Positions 1 through 13,600 of a DNA stretch of 63,554 bases are shown here, piece after piece; the first letter of the stretch is position 1, and the number at the start of each line of letters is the position of its first letter. The translations under genes and the position numbers were made by a program. The notes under the pieces are model-generated. The model worked only from the letters and a program-made list of their open reading frames with translations, ran no database searches and was not told where the DNA came from. This DNA comes from Spongospora subterranea f. sp. subterranea (lineage: Eukaryota), in assembly GCA_049724395.1 (NCBI GenBank), contig JAUGWO010000095.1, positions 62,001 through 125,554 of the forward strand. Direction: 5' to 3'.

Positions 1-2126
1 TGAATACAATACCAAACTGGTGGGTAGAAGCGCATACAACGAGGTTATCGTTGATAAATCGCTCTGTAGGTGCGGCAATGCAAGAAATTATTGTCCCGAA
101 TATTGCGCATTGATGCAGAAACTGAGTCAGCGTTGGCGCTGCTCGAAAAAGAGCATATGACCGCTGTGGTTAATTCTGCGCGTGAAATAGGATACTGGTA
201 TACTGGATGTTTGGTTCACAAAACTCTGCCGCCAATATATGATTTTGCAGGAGTGATACAATTGCTTATTATGATCAGCTACTGGCTCTGTCTCATCGTG
301 AACTGCTGAAAGTGCAATTGAAACAGGTGCATTTGCAATTTGGGATGGAAAAATCGTGAGTGAATCGGATTGTTCAGGCCGTCGCTGTTGGCAACACTGG
401 CAAGGCCATTCGCCTCACGATTCAGATGAAAAACGATGTGTTCTTGCAGCAATCGGAAATGTTCGATCTTCATAAGTGCGGCATGTTAAAACCCCCTGAC
501 GAGTGGGCATCTGAAAAGTTCCTCACAATGCATCGGTATCGCATCGATATAAAAGTTTTTTAACCCCAACATTGCAGCTTGAAGAAATTTGCGCTCTATT
601 TAGTTGAATTTCGAATCCATTGTCTATTACAGGGTTTTGACTGTCAATGCCTAGAGATAAGCTTCGACTTGAAATGTTATCGTGGTCGGATACCGAAATT
701 CATGCACCTCTCACGCGGCTGACAGATGGTGCTGATATGAAAGAAGCTGGGAAATCAGTATTACACGCCTTCAAATCTTTACAAGCTTATATGGGCGACC
801 GAAAATCCGACAAAGCGTCAAGTGAAGGTCTGTTGACATATCCGTTCCAACCCTTTTGCTCAACAGACCTTTCCTGTTCATCAGGTTATTCCCTGATAAC
901 GTTAGGTCACAGTCGCCCGGATTTGCGCGACGAGCTATATTTCTACATCTTGAAGCAATTGACAAAAAACCCTAACCCTGACTCAGTCCGCAAAGGATGG
1001 GTGATATTAGGCGGATTCATTGCGTCGTTTCCCCCGGGATCGGGTTTTGAAAACTTCTTAGAGGTCTGAAAATTGTTTGATATTTAATTTTGTAAACACA
1101 CATTTTGAGTCATATTGTTAGGTATGGTTGCGGAACAATGCTCAAAATCAGGATTATCTAGGGGCGCTGCACGCTATCTGTTATAGCGGTGCCCGACAAC
1201 TTCCGGTGACGCCGGCCGAATTGGACAATATCGTTGAGGTCTTGAGGTACGCAGACGGCATTCAGACAGCAGCGTTCTGTGTTCGGCGTTTATCCATCGT
1301 CCCTTTTGAGTTGTCATATTTTTGAAACTTTGATGCCTAGCGTTTCAAACCAATTTGGGACATCTCGTTAATTCTGATGAGGAATTTTTTATGTCATCAG
1401 GAATCGTACTTTAGAGTACGCTGAGCCCCTGCCAACTGGAACACCACCGTACGAAGATCTCTTGACTCCATTTGACCTGTCTGTGGACGAAATCGAGTTT
1501 CGACGCAAGGCGCCTGGTCCGGCTGCCAGTTCTCAGAAACAAGCGAAAGTCGCCACCCCGGTTACAGTCTCCGTAACCGCTGGTGCCGTTGAAGGCAAAT
1601 CGTCTCCAACGGTATTTCAACTCCTCGTCGAATTTCACTCGCATTTGCAAATCAAAAGTTTGCTCTGCTTTTTTTGGAGATATGTTACTGTGTTACACTG
1701 AATTCATTATGTATTCAACTTGCATACACTAATTGACATGATTGGCAGCGCTCACGAGCTCACGACTCTCGAGCGTCTCAAGCTGCGCTATTCCAGTCCA
1801 AGGTTTGGCGTGAAACATACCTTACACAAAAACAGCGAGTAAATCTTAACGTTGAGATGACAGGCGAAGATGAAACAGCGTATGTCGTCCCGACATCAAA
1901 CTACCTGGCAAGCGATCGTCGATGCGAACACGAAGGCTACTTACTTCTGGAATTCTGCTACGGGCGAATCGACCTGGGAAATGCCTGCGGTAATTCCATT
2001 GCTTTGAAATGATCGTTTACCCAGTTCCAGTTCCATTCTGTTCATAGTTGTACAATATTGATTGATACCATGATTTTCTAGGATTTGAAATTCGGTGTCG
2101 CTGATGAGGTCAAGCCGCGCTTCTAA
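1..2126 (+). CDS. 3' part of a MyTH4-domain protein (probable myosin tail) with C-terminal WW domain; multi-exon, 5' end outside window
   Basis: MyTH4 motifs FKSLQAYMGDR and LRDELYFYILKQLTKNPNPDSVRKGWVIL (647-1060); WW domain TWQAIVDANTKATYFWNSATGESTWEMP (~1900-1989); GT-AG introns; TAA at 2124-2126. Confidence 0.75.
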
Positions 2127-2378
2127 AAGTCGCCTGGTTCAAATAACTGTATAATAAAGCTGAAGAAAACCACACTTTGTTCATATTTTGGTATCGACTG
2201 TTCGGAAATCGGTTATCAGGAAAATCAGTTAAGTTCTACAAATTAGCCAAGCCCGGAAGACTTCACAAAGAGAACTCAGATTTAGAGTAACGCCAATACA
2301 GCCAATACATCGAGAGTGGCGACAAAATGAAAAAAGACAATGGCTAATGAGTTTATTGGCCAGGCAACTTGCATGAAT

Positions 2379-3995
2379 CTAAATTTCATCGGATTTTGGA
2401 GGCGCTATGCTTGATTTGACCGTGGAGACTCCCGCTGGACGCAAAACTCGATCTTTGAACATATACCCTAACGCAACACACATTTTCAAACGCTGTCACC
2501 AATGACCAGAACAAGAATCTTCAACTGGATAACAGAAGAAAATAGCAATTCAATCAAAACTTCAAAATTGATCGTCATTCATGAATGCGATTTCTAAAAA
2601 ACATCAACGCACCTGTTGAAACTATCGAAGATATGGTTCCGTTAACGTCTGTCTCAGATGGAGTCTGAAATAGGGCCGAGTGAAAGTTGGGATCAAAAGT
2701 CATACCGACATTGACGTCCATCTAGACCGAGCGTCAGCCATGGTGCGGAGGCAATACAACATCCGACAAATATTAATATACACCGACTGTTGAAGTGTTT
2801 CTCAAACAAAACTCTGGCAAACTTAACGTAATGGAACCAATCAGAGACATATAAACGGACAACCCAATACTTGCCCTATCGATGCCATGTTTATGGAATA
2901 TTTTCCTAAGACCATTCTCTGTCAGCTGAAGCCCCTCGACCAATGACTGCAGCGGTGCACTTGTTTCGGCCGCACCTTTGTCCACATTATCCAGAGCTCG
3001 GTTTAGATTATCGGCAACCTGATATCATGTAAATTGACAATCACGTCACGAGAACACTCAAATTGATTTCCGGCAACAATGTCGATAACGAAAAATACGC
3101 ACGTTGATTCAGTAAAATGGAAAAATACAACGCTACCGTCCAATACAAAAAATAGCGTCTCAAAACATGAAACAGGTGCGTTACCTCGAGCATGTCCTTA
3201 GCAAAAGTCTGAACTGAATAAGCATATGCGTTATCAACATCACGTCGAGATCTCGATCGCACATTTTCCATTTCTAAACTCGTTTAATTCAAATCAGCAA
3301 CTCATCCAAAAAAACGTGAATGGGGAAAGCGTAATAGCAGAAACTAAGCACGAAAAAATAATTGAGTGAGATTTGAACTCAACAATTATTATTAGTTAAA
3401 TATCCGACGGAACGTTCAGTAAAGGTCACCGATGAAAAAAGTTGCATGACGTTCCATGGCGATCAACTCAAACTTTTAAAGTGCCGAAAGCTGAAAACTG
3501 ATTGAAATAAGAATAACATATGCAACCGGTGATGTCTATCAATACCTGCCAAGGATCTATACAGCTTGTCGGTGACTTCAGCGAGTTTAGCATCTTTCTC
3601 GGCTATCAAGTCAGCCATCGCCGCAATATCGGGCAGGCCATTTTCGGCCTGCGCGACCTCCTCGTGCTGTTCAGCAGTGGGTTGTGTTTCCTACGTTACC
3701 CAATGCAGTGATAAGTCATTGATGGGCAGGATTCTAAACGTTACACTACTACCTGTGCCTGGTCCGGGACAGGATCGTGTGCAGCCGCCGAAGTGCCATT
3801 GGTCGATCCATTGCTGGGCGGAGTGCGTGTTGATAAGGGCGCAATCGGCCGGTGCGACACCCTATAGACGGCGCGATGGCGCAAGACCCCAGCAACGAGA
3901 CGGTTCATCATATTGCAGAAATGATTATGCGCGATATTGGCGGATGATGGTGAGGGGCGGAGTTGACGACGCCAGCGGGAAACCGTGACGGACAT
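2379..3995 (-). CDS. GRPE: Mitochondrial GrpE nucleotide-exchange factor, multi-exon
   Basis: Exons encode AEMENVRSRSRRDVDNAYAYSVQTFAKDMLEV, LVEGLQLTENGLRKIFHKHGI and GYMFKDRVLRPAGVSTVK. The N-terminus is Arg/Ser-rich and presequence-like (MSVTVSRWRRQLR). Confidence 0.9.
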
Positions 3996-4724
3996 GTCCC
4001 AGTGATATCCTGACCGTGAACTGCATAGTGTATCTTCATGACCGTGACCAATAAACGAAAAGTGTTTGGAATTATCACTTAAATGAGACCTGTCCAAGCT
4101 CCTGGAAAAAAGCATAACATTTTCGTTAATCATGATAACTTCTTTGATAGCAAGTCCGAAGTTTACGATAAATAAGTTGAAAAATGGTGATCAGAGTACT
4201 GAAAATTCCTAAACAAGTGTGTCTTTCTCAAAGTTTAACGATATCTTAAAGATCTGATGACGGTTTTTGGGGATGACAGTTTGAATAATGCAATGGAGTT
4301 GGGTTAACTGAAAATCGCTATGAATATTCAAGTTGAACTTTATACATATCGTTTATAAGTTGATACGACATGCACATAACGAACCAAAAGAGTTTATGCT
4401 AAATGGGTTCAATTACGCCGAACTTGATCAACGAACTGGCCGCATTTGGTTTGACGACTATTTATCGTTCGTCATGATCAAATCAAGGACCGCAAAAATG
4501 CTCACATGCAAAGACAACAAAGAAATTATCTTCAGTAAAATGTCGACAAACAGAAGTCTGGATTCGCAATGTATTGCCCAGTTTGCCGACCCGAGCTGTC
4601 TCGTTCATCGTTTCATTAGTGGAGTTCCGACGTTCAGCAGTGGGCAGAGGTGACAATCCTAACGCGTTGACCCTATACGAACACGCAGTGAAATATCCAC
4701 CGTTGTTGGAATGGGGTTCATCCA

Positions 4725-7306
4725 ATGCTGGGTCGCAAGCGCAGCTATGATGGGTACCCCAGTTCTTGGCTGTCACTGAGAAGGCATCAAAAATTTCTTA
4801 CGGTGTACGATCCCTTCACAGCGTGGAGTAACAGTTGCGACTGCGCGCCTTTTTGTCGAGAGAGTTTCTGTTTGGAATTGGATTACCCTAATATTAACAT
4901 CGGTTTCCCTAAAGAAGGGCGATTTGCAAATGACAGTTGTTCCAGGACGGCGACAGACTCTTGGTGTTTTGAACAATAATGTTCCACCAAGGACCCAGTC
5001 CCTTGGCGGCAAGCGGGCATCTCTCGCCCCTCGTCTTTCCATCTCATCTTCTACTCGACGTCTGTCCATGTCTGCGACGTGTTTAAAATCTATTCGTCTA
5101 GATTATAAGTTCTCCTTAGGTTCAGCGGAAGACAATCGAGCATTGCGTCTGACCCAAGGCCCATCGGTAGCAAAACTTTTCAGCAAGATAACATTCGCGC
5201 TTTGATCAAATTTCTCACTCTGCATGGTTATGACCGCGAAATATCACCAAAGATTTTATTCACCCCTTCACGGTTTCTGATACTATACATGATGCTGTAG
5301 ATGTCTGACAGTTATTTTATAGCAACGATTTCGTCTACATTGTTACTTTTTTATTCCGTCACATCGATCCAAACTTCAACTTCGATCAGGTCGCACAGAA
5401 CTGGGGCGATGACTTTCCGACTTTCTTCGAAGCCCTCGGTATAGTATAATCGTAAATGTCTGAAGTTTTCGAGATTTCCTCATTTCGGTTAGGTTATCCG
5501 TTCAAGATCAGCAAGCGCAGTCTGTTGTCAGTCGGTTCGCCGCATACATGGCCCGCATTATTGGCAGCTTTAGTATGGCTAATCGAGCTCATTACGACTG
5601 TGGAATCTATCGAGTCTCATCAAAAGTCTGTGGAAAGCCTCGGTGATGCTCAAGGCGAAAAGGTTTTCTATGGGTATTTGGCTACCGCATATACCAAGTT
5701 CTTAGAGGGATCCGATAATTTTTCCTTCATGGAAAGTAGTTTAGCAGACCAATTCAAGGTTTGGCGTTACTGATCCTCTTTTTTGAGTTGTTCTTGTTTA
5801 TGTTGACAGTTATGATAAAGCATGGAATTGGTTCAGAACTTATGTTTCCATAATTACATTTACATTAACTTCACTTCCAGGAAAAAAATGCAGCTGTACA
5901 ACAAGAAGTCTCTGATTCTCGTCGCGAGCTTGAAGAAGTTCGACAAGAGATTCTTCAACTCCAAGCGGGGCGTTCCGCACTTGCTGACGCACAGGATCGC
6001 CGTCGTGATTTAGCTGCAGACGCGGCCAAATTCGAACGCCTTGTGTCAGAACTTATCGAGTTCAAGAAGAATATTGCTAGAACTCGTGTCTCGATTGAAG
6101 AACAGGTCTTTGAAGACGATGCCATTTGTTCCTGGACTTGATATACTGTTTTTGAAGGTCAGTGCCGGACGCGCCAACCTATCCGCTGCAGAGGCCGAGG
6201 CATGTTCTTTGCGGGAGCAACTGGGAAAGCAAGAGATGTCAGCCGTGGACGTCGCTCGAATCCAGGTAGCACCTTTACCCCAGACCTGTGCTATGCATTG
6301 TTTACTTTTAATCAGGCCGAAAAACAAACTTTACAGCAGACACTTGAAAAAGCTGCAAGCGGATTGCGAGCAAGTTAAATCACGTACTTGGCAAACTGAG
6401 GTAGGCTTGTTTAGAGCATTTCAAATTGTTGTGACCCTTGTTGCAATTTGTGGGTCGGTAATCAAAACTCCACACATGTCACTTACTCTAATTTCAGATG
6501 GCAATCAGCAATGCTATGGATTCTTTGCTTTGTTCTGCGCAGCAATATAACCAAACAGCCCTTCGCGCAGGCCTCTTACCGCTTGACAGCGGTAAGTACG
6601 CCCATGGGATCGACTATGCATTGCACTTGAACACTTCTGGGGATACCATCGACGAAATGTTATCCGGAGCTGACTTAAAACGAACAGTGAAACCGGCTCT
6701 CAACAAGCTGAAACAGAGTTTTCGCAAAACCCTCAGAAAACAGGTATTTTGTGAAGTCGTGCCTTTACAAAAACATGTGTAAATGATTGCTAGGCCGTTG
6801 ATAAACGCAGAGCGCAAGAAGCATTAACCCAGTCGGCTGATTTACGATCCGAGAAAACGGACGAATTGCTAACATTACAGGTAGAAGGACAATTTACGGT
6901 GCATGCTGTTGGATTTATCTGCAACTTTCTGAAACTGACTGCAATGCCCGAATTGTTATTTATATTTGTGTTTGGCTAGAATCGCTTGGCGAAGTTGGAG
7001 TCAAGCTACCGTGAACAACGAGACCTCAAAAATGGAGAGTTGAGAGACCGGGTGGCACGTATCGAAGATCTTGAGCTTTCTATTCAGTCGATGTCAAGTT
7101 CAGAGACAACAGCGCTGGCCGAGAGTGAAGAGATGCTTCAACAAACCCGGAATGATTTGACTCGCATCATGTCTGTGACCAGCGACGAGCAGATCTGTCT
7201 TCGCGACCTAATCACACAGACAATGGAGGAGTTGGCTCAGCACAAAGTTCATATTGCCATGACCCTGGCTTCCCTTGATGACCTCGCCATAAGCTGCCTT
7301 CAATAA
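4725..7306 (+). CDS. NDC80: Kinetochore protein NDC80/HEC1, multi-exon; start uncertain
   Basis: CH-domain motif LGYPFKISKRSLLSVGSPHTWPALLAALVWLIEL and FYGYLATAYTKFLEG, followed by a long coiled coil. One apparent +1 homopolymer indel at ~6350. Confidence 0.9.
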
Positions 7307-7652
7307 TTGGCATACATCTTCTATCCCATCCATTTCATTTTTTTTAATTAATACACGGTTCCATATCAAAATTAATTTGAAGTATTTTGTTACAAATTCG
7401 ATTAGTGTTTTTAATTGACTGTCTAAAAAATAAATAGTACGTAAGTGTTTTCTATTCGAAAAGTATGTAATCTTTTCCGACGATAACGGTTATCTTCGGG
7501 AAGCAGTACGGCAAAATGATCGCTGGAGCAGTTTTTACTACTGACTCATCTCGATTGGATCGTTATCTGAAGAGGTCCATCCATTTTCGGTAGGCACAAA
7601 AAAACATTCCAACGTGACAGGGCGATAGCCCAAACGAGTCAAGTCTAGCGCC

Positions 7653-10600
7653 ATGTCAACAACTTTGGTATCCAACGCAGATAAAAGCCTGGCAACGTCG
7701 CGCCCCGTTATCAAATTGCGAGTTGCGGCTGCTGCGGCTCTTCCTCAATCCAAACAGCAAGACCCAACCACAGTCTCAACGTTTTTATCGCATTTCGATA
7801 AGCTTCGAGGGTTTTCACTGGATCGGGTAGTAAACTCTTCGCACATGTGTCTGCTATGTAGCTACATTATTGATCCTGCGTAGGATGCCGGTCAGCTTGG
7901 AACCCGATTACAACAACGCAAGGCGTTATATGCGGGAACGAGGTCCATGTTCCTATTCGGATCGAAATCGCCATTGCGTGTCGCCGCGATGACAGTAGTT
8001 TTTCACCCTGCGTTCGACTACGTAGTCTTGGCGGCCGTTCTGGCTAACTGTATCATGCTGGTCACTCTTGTACGGTGCTAAACATGCAGTTTCATGATGT
8101 TAACAGCGAATTGTTCCTGCTCTTCTCTACCCATCGTTTTTTTTATACACTTTTGCTATTTCGCGTATTCATTACCCCTAACTTGAGGTCGCGAAGCCTT
8201 GATATTATATTTTTTCTTCTTACCTTGTTTTGCTGATCAAATTTGGTTTGGATTGCTTACAGAGTGCAGACCCGTCGGACGCTACATCTACCCTAAACAA
8301 TATTGTGTCGGGCATATACGTGTTTGAGATGGCCCTTAAAATCATCGCCATGGGCTTCATTTACACACCCCATTCGTATCTGTCTGACCCGTGGAACCGG
8401 TAATTTGCAGACGATCTGATATTGCTTCTGTTTGTTATCCTATTCACCTGATTTCCTCAATCGTAAACAATCGTTTCTTTCATCTTGTTTAACAAACGAA
8501 AATAAGCGAATGTATTGGCTAAACCCAGGTTGGATTTTTTCTTGGTGATCACTACCGTCCTCAATCTGTTTTCTCTATTCGGTGATATACGCAGCTTGCG
8601 CTTACTGCGAATCCTACGTCCGTTGCGAGTTGTCAACGCTGTCCCGGGGATGCGCATCATGGTTCAGGTAATCTCTCCGCTGCTTTATCGGTTGATAGTA
8701 TCTCAACAATTTCTCTGCTGTTTAATAGAGTCTTCTGAACTCACTACCGAACTTGGCCAACGTCGTTGGCTTGTTCGCGTTTATGCTGTTCACGTTTGGA
8801 ATAGTTGGAATGCAGTTTTACAGCGGTACGTCGAGCGTCCTGCATGATGTCTGACTCAATCTTGAACGGCGTATTCCAGGGAACCTGCGTCAGCGGTGCT
8901 TCGACAGCGAATCTGGGGTCATGATCGAAGATGGCCACTTCTGTTCGGTGACACCGTTTGGGCGACAATGCCCGACAGGTCAAGTCTGCGCTGACTCTGG
9001 CATGAACCCGAGGTAAACAAGCAAATACCGTTCGTCAAAATCAGTCAACGATGATGCCCTCTCCAATATTCAAATCTTTATTTGCAGCAATAACCTGCAA
9101 ATTCGCCTGTTATATTGGTATACGACTGAATATTTTTTGCAAACCTGCTTTGCTTGTTCACAAATGAGGTCTTTAATAGTGATAAAGCATGACATGAATT
9201 ATTGTCATGTTGGGTTGGATATCAGTTATCTTGGCCAGTTGTGTTTGGGTATCAGTTATCTTGGCCAGTTGTGTTTGGGTATCAGTTATCTTGGCCAGTT
9301 GTGTTTGGGTATCAGTTATCTTGGCCAGTTGTGTTGCATTTGGTGGCTCTGGTGGTAACAAGTGTCACTTCAGAGGGGGTGTGATCAGTTTCGACAACAT
9401 TTTGGTGTCGTGGTTGACAATATTCACGTGCATAACGGGAGAGGGATGGACCGACATCATGTATATGGTAATCGTGTCTCCACTATACATGCACAGGAAA
9501 ACGCTAAATTGCCCTTCTTGTTTCCCCTTGGTGCTCAACATTTTCCAGTCTGCAGAATATCTTGTATTTGCAATGGTTATGAAACACGCCTTGTTTGAAA
9601 TTCAACACGTTTGAGTAGCTTTCGTTATTCCATTTTCATCTAAGACGAAAATAGTGACTGGTAGTGTTGTTGTTTTGTGTACAGGTTGATGAAGCCGTCT
9701 CTCCATATCAGGTCTCATTCGACATGATGCTTCTATATGTGTTTATCTGGTCATTGATACCGCGCTTGTACTGTTAGGAGATTTATTTCGGCGTATTAAT
9801 GGTACTCGGGATGTTTTTCTTCGTACCGTTAGCAGTCGCAGTCATATTCATACGATTCGAGCAAGCTAAATCAGAGGAATCTGAACGACAGGTCAGTCAG
9901 CTAAGGGGAATACGAATGCACTGATTCATTCACTCAACAGGCTGCACGGCAAGCGGAATTAGAACGGCTGGCAAGCGAAATAACTGACGGCGATCAGCTT
10001 CGTAGTCTAGCGGCGTTTGCCGAGACCGCAGAGGAGAAAACCAAGATCCACCAACTCGTCCGCAAAGCACAGCTTGTTGCCAAACTTCAGCGCAACGTCG
10101 CTACTGTATCTGGCACATCAGATGGCGATACCGGCAAGTGGGCGGCTGTTCGCCAATCACCGTTACCCGGTCAGGTAACGCCATCCTGCTGCCCTTGTCC
10201 ATGGCACTTGCTGTTTGATGACTTTTCACCTTTCAGGTGACTGGCGAAGGTGAACTACAAGCGGCGCCAAGTCCGATAATAGACAATGGCGCAAAGGCAT
10301 CGCTCTCGTCTAAGCTCAGGGTGAACTCTTTAGCACTACGCTCGTTCCAGCGTGTATATAAACCCGCAGCGGGACTGGTAAATAATGACGATACTATGCT
10401 CGGCAAAGATCACCCCGACACTGGTTTAGCTATCGTTGCTCATAAAACCCACCCTGTCGTGATGTTTAATGAAATAGTGTGTTATGGCGGCTTATGTATG
10501 CTCTGATCTAGGGGGTGCTCACGATTATTGTGTTGCGCTATCGTGGGCATCTGCTTCAGATGGTCAACTCGTTCGCATTCAACGCTCTGATCTTCTCTTG

Positions 10601-13600
10601 CACCCTGGTTAGCATTGCCCTGATATCCAGCGATCATTGGGGGCAGACTGACGTCTTCACGACCGTATTAGAAAAAGGTACAAAAACCTAAATTACGCTG
10701 TAGTGAGTTTTCTATAAGCAATCATTTTCAATTCAGTCAGTGATTTCAGCTATTCACGAACTAAGTGAGTAGTTATCAGGTTCGTTGATTTGCAACATAG
10801 CTTTCACTTTGGAGCTAGTGCTCAAACTAGTGGCCATGGGTCCCAAGAAGTGGTGGAGTGACACCTTGAATATTTTGGACGGTACAGTGGTTATCGGGTT
10901 TGCGATCGAAGAGGTCTTTTCTGGGGCCGGTACGTCTGGCACATTACTCCTTCCCGTTGCAGTGCCATACTCATCCTATAACGTTTTCCTCTTTGATTTT
11001 GAAATTTGAAAACTCCTCATATTTGTTTTCGTTAAAACGCGCAGTTTGCTATTTGCGTGCAATTTCGACGATTTCATTGCTTTTTTTTACTAATGGAATT
11101 TTACTGCGAACACTGTGATTCAAAGTTGGATGACTTTTGTTCATGAATCATGTCGCTGTAGAATTCTCATCACGTGGTCTCTTGGTCGTTCTGAAATCGT
11201 TTCGCGTCCTTCGCGTGATCCGCTTGATGCGTTTCTGGCCATCGCTCAACACGCTGGTCCGGACCATGGCCGATGCTGTCCACGAGCTGAAATATTTTGC
11301 GTGTTTGCTGGTGCTATTCGTGTTTGTCTACGCCGTTGTTGGCATACAGCTTTTCGGCACTACCTTTGTGGATGAGAATGGAAATGTACCCAGGTCAGTG
11401 ACCATATTCGCATGCAATACAATATGCTGCGCCGAGATCTTCAGTACAGTCTTCCCGATATTCATGACTTAATTTTCACGCTGGGAAAAACCTGACCAAT
11501 ATTTCGCTTTGCTGTCTTCAATCCTGACCTCATCTGAAATTGCGAACAGGGCTAATTTCTCGGATTTTTGGCATTCTTCGATTCTGGTGCTACAGGTGGT
11601 TACGAGTTCGAACTGGAACGATCTCCTCGTTGATGCTATCATTTCAGATGTAACTGCTTTTCTTTGCATGTTTCATTTCAATCCGTTCCAACGAAATGTG
11701 TCCTCAGGGCTGGGGCGCGACTGGATATATGCTCACGTTGTTCATCGGCGGAAATTTCATAATGCTGGCACTATTCATGGCCATTTTGTTGTCGAATTTC
11801 GACACGTCGTCGTTTGCTACATCCGGGCTCGGTCTGGCAAAATTACGCCGTTTGCAAGGGATCCGAGATGGGCTAGGCGCTGGCCTCAACAAAGTCCTGG
11901 ATAGTAAGGTATGATGTACACGCCAGCCTCTTGTGCCTCCAGAGCTGAATCGTGACTTTAATCGTATATCAGTAGACACGAGTTCAGGATTTATCTGGTT
12001 TTTGTTCTATTGTTTCTCGTTCACTGTTTTCAAGATATACAGAGTGTCAGCTGCTACAATCAACAGCAGTTGTTTGAGCCGCGTTTGAATGTCAATGTGT
12101 TTACGATGCTGTGTATGTAGGTAACAGCTCAGCTGAAATCGGCCGTTTCGACCACATTGAGCCTCAAACGCCCCGTGATAGCCGGTCAGGCGACCACACT
12201 CCCAAATCTTCTGGTAATTAACAGAAAATTTCATGTGAACCCGTTAATTTGTCTTTATTTTCCGAATTGAAGACCTTGAGCTTCGCAGTTTGCATTTGCT
12301 TCTCATAGCAAGCCTGGTTTGCTACATTGAATGGCCGCTGATCAAGTCCCTCCAGGAACAAGTAAAGGAAGAGGCTATGGAAGAAGATTCGGTGGACCTT
12401 TGGATGGCGTGGATCCGCCGCCATGTCCATAACGTGGTCACATGCTCTGCAACTATGAACGTTCTTCTGTTTGTGATTGCTGCCGAATGTCTAGTCATGA
12501 CTCTATGCGTCCCGGGACTCCCTTCAAACTCTGACATTCTCCAAGTCTCGAAACTGATTAACTATGTCCAAATCGTCATATTCTCGCTTGAGATGGTAAT
12601 GAAGATGTTCGCCCATGGTCTTGTACGCAAGCCGCGTCTACATCCGGCACTGGATACCGACTCAATCCAGATACCATACCTTCTTGACGTCTGGAACCGG
12701 CTCGACCTGGCCATCAACCTCGTCTGTTATGTGTCAGCCATCCCTATTGGTATTGTCGATGAACGCTATCTCAAGATTGTGATGAGTCTTCGCGCTCTGA
12801 GACCTCTACGCATGGTCTCACGATTCAAGGTAACACAGACTTACACTGACCCACAGTATACTGTACTTGTGTCGGCCACGTTTCCAACCTGTATCGAAAC
12901 AGTCGATTGGTTTTTCCATTGTCGTTGAAATTGCGTCACGTTGAAATTTAGTTTGCACATCAGTGTTGGCAATGTACAGTTTTGGCTAATACGTTGTGAT
13001 TTCATGGTCCTTTAGTTCAAAGTCGTTTGTCATGCGGCTTTGAACGTGGGTCTCAATTGTTGGTCTGGGATATATAGAACATGCGCATCGTGATGCAGTC
13101 GCTATTGGCTGCGATCCCTTCCCTGCTGCACACGAGCTTAGTCCTCCTGGTATTCTTCTGGATTTGGGCTATCGTCGGTGTGGAGATGTTCAAGGGCCGT
13201 CTACAACGATGTGAAAATCTGTCCTCGGGTTCAATTCTGCCGTTGAGCAGTGACATGTGCGAAGCCGGTGGAGGCGTCTGGAAAAACCCAGGTACCACTC
13301 GTATCCTTCACATATGCGTCGAAGAATTCCTGAAAAAGGACCTGGAACGCTTCTTTGAAGGAAGTTTGTTTCTATTTTTTTTTGTACATTCTTCGCCATA
13401 TTCAGATCTGTAGATTTATGACATCAGTTATTCAATTTGTGTATCAGACTTAGGTAGTTTTGACCACTTGGGCGCGGCCATGTTGATTCTGTTCGAGATA
13501 TCGACTTTGGAGGGGTGGACTGATGTTATGTGGGCAACGGTGGATGCCACCTCGGCCGGGCTTCCTCCCCTCCAGGACTATGACATCACCTCGTCCCTGT

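Noticed and set aside
9220..9335. 30-bp repeats as a CRISPR array or repeat-protein ORFs
   Set aside because: Head-to-tail with no spacers, inside a eukaryotic intron; the ORFs arise only from the 30-bp period.
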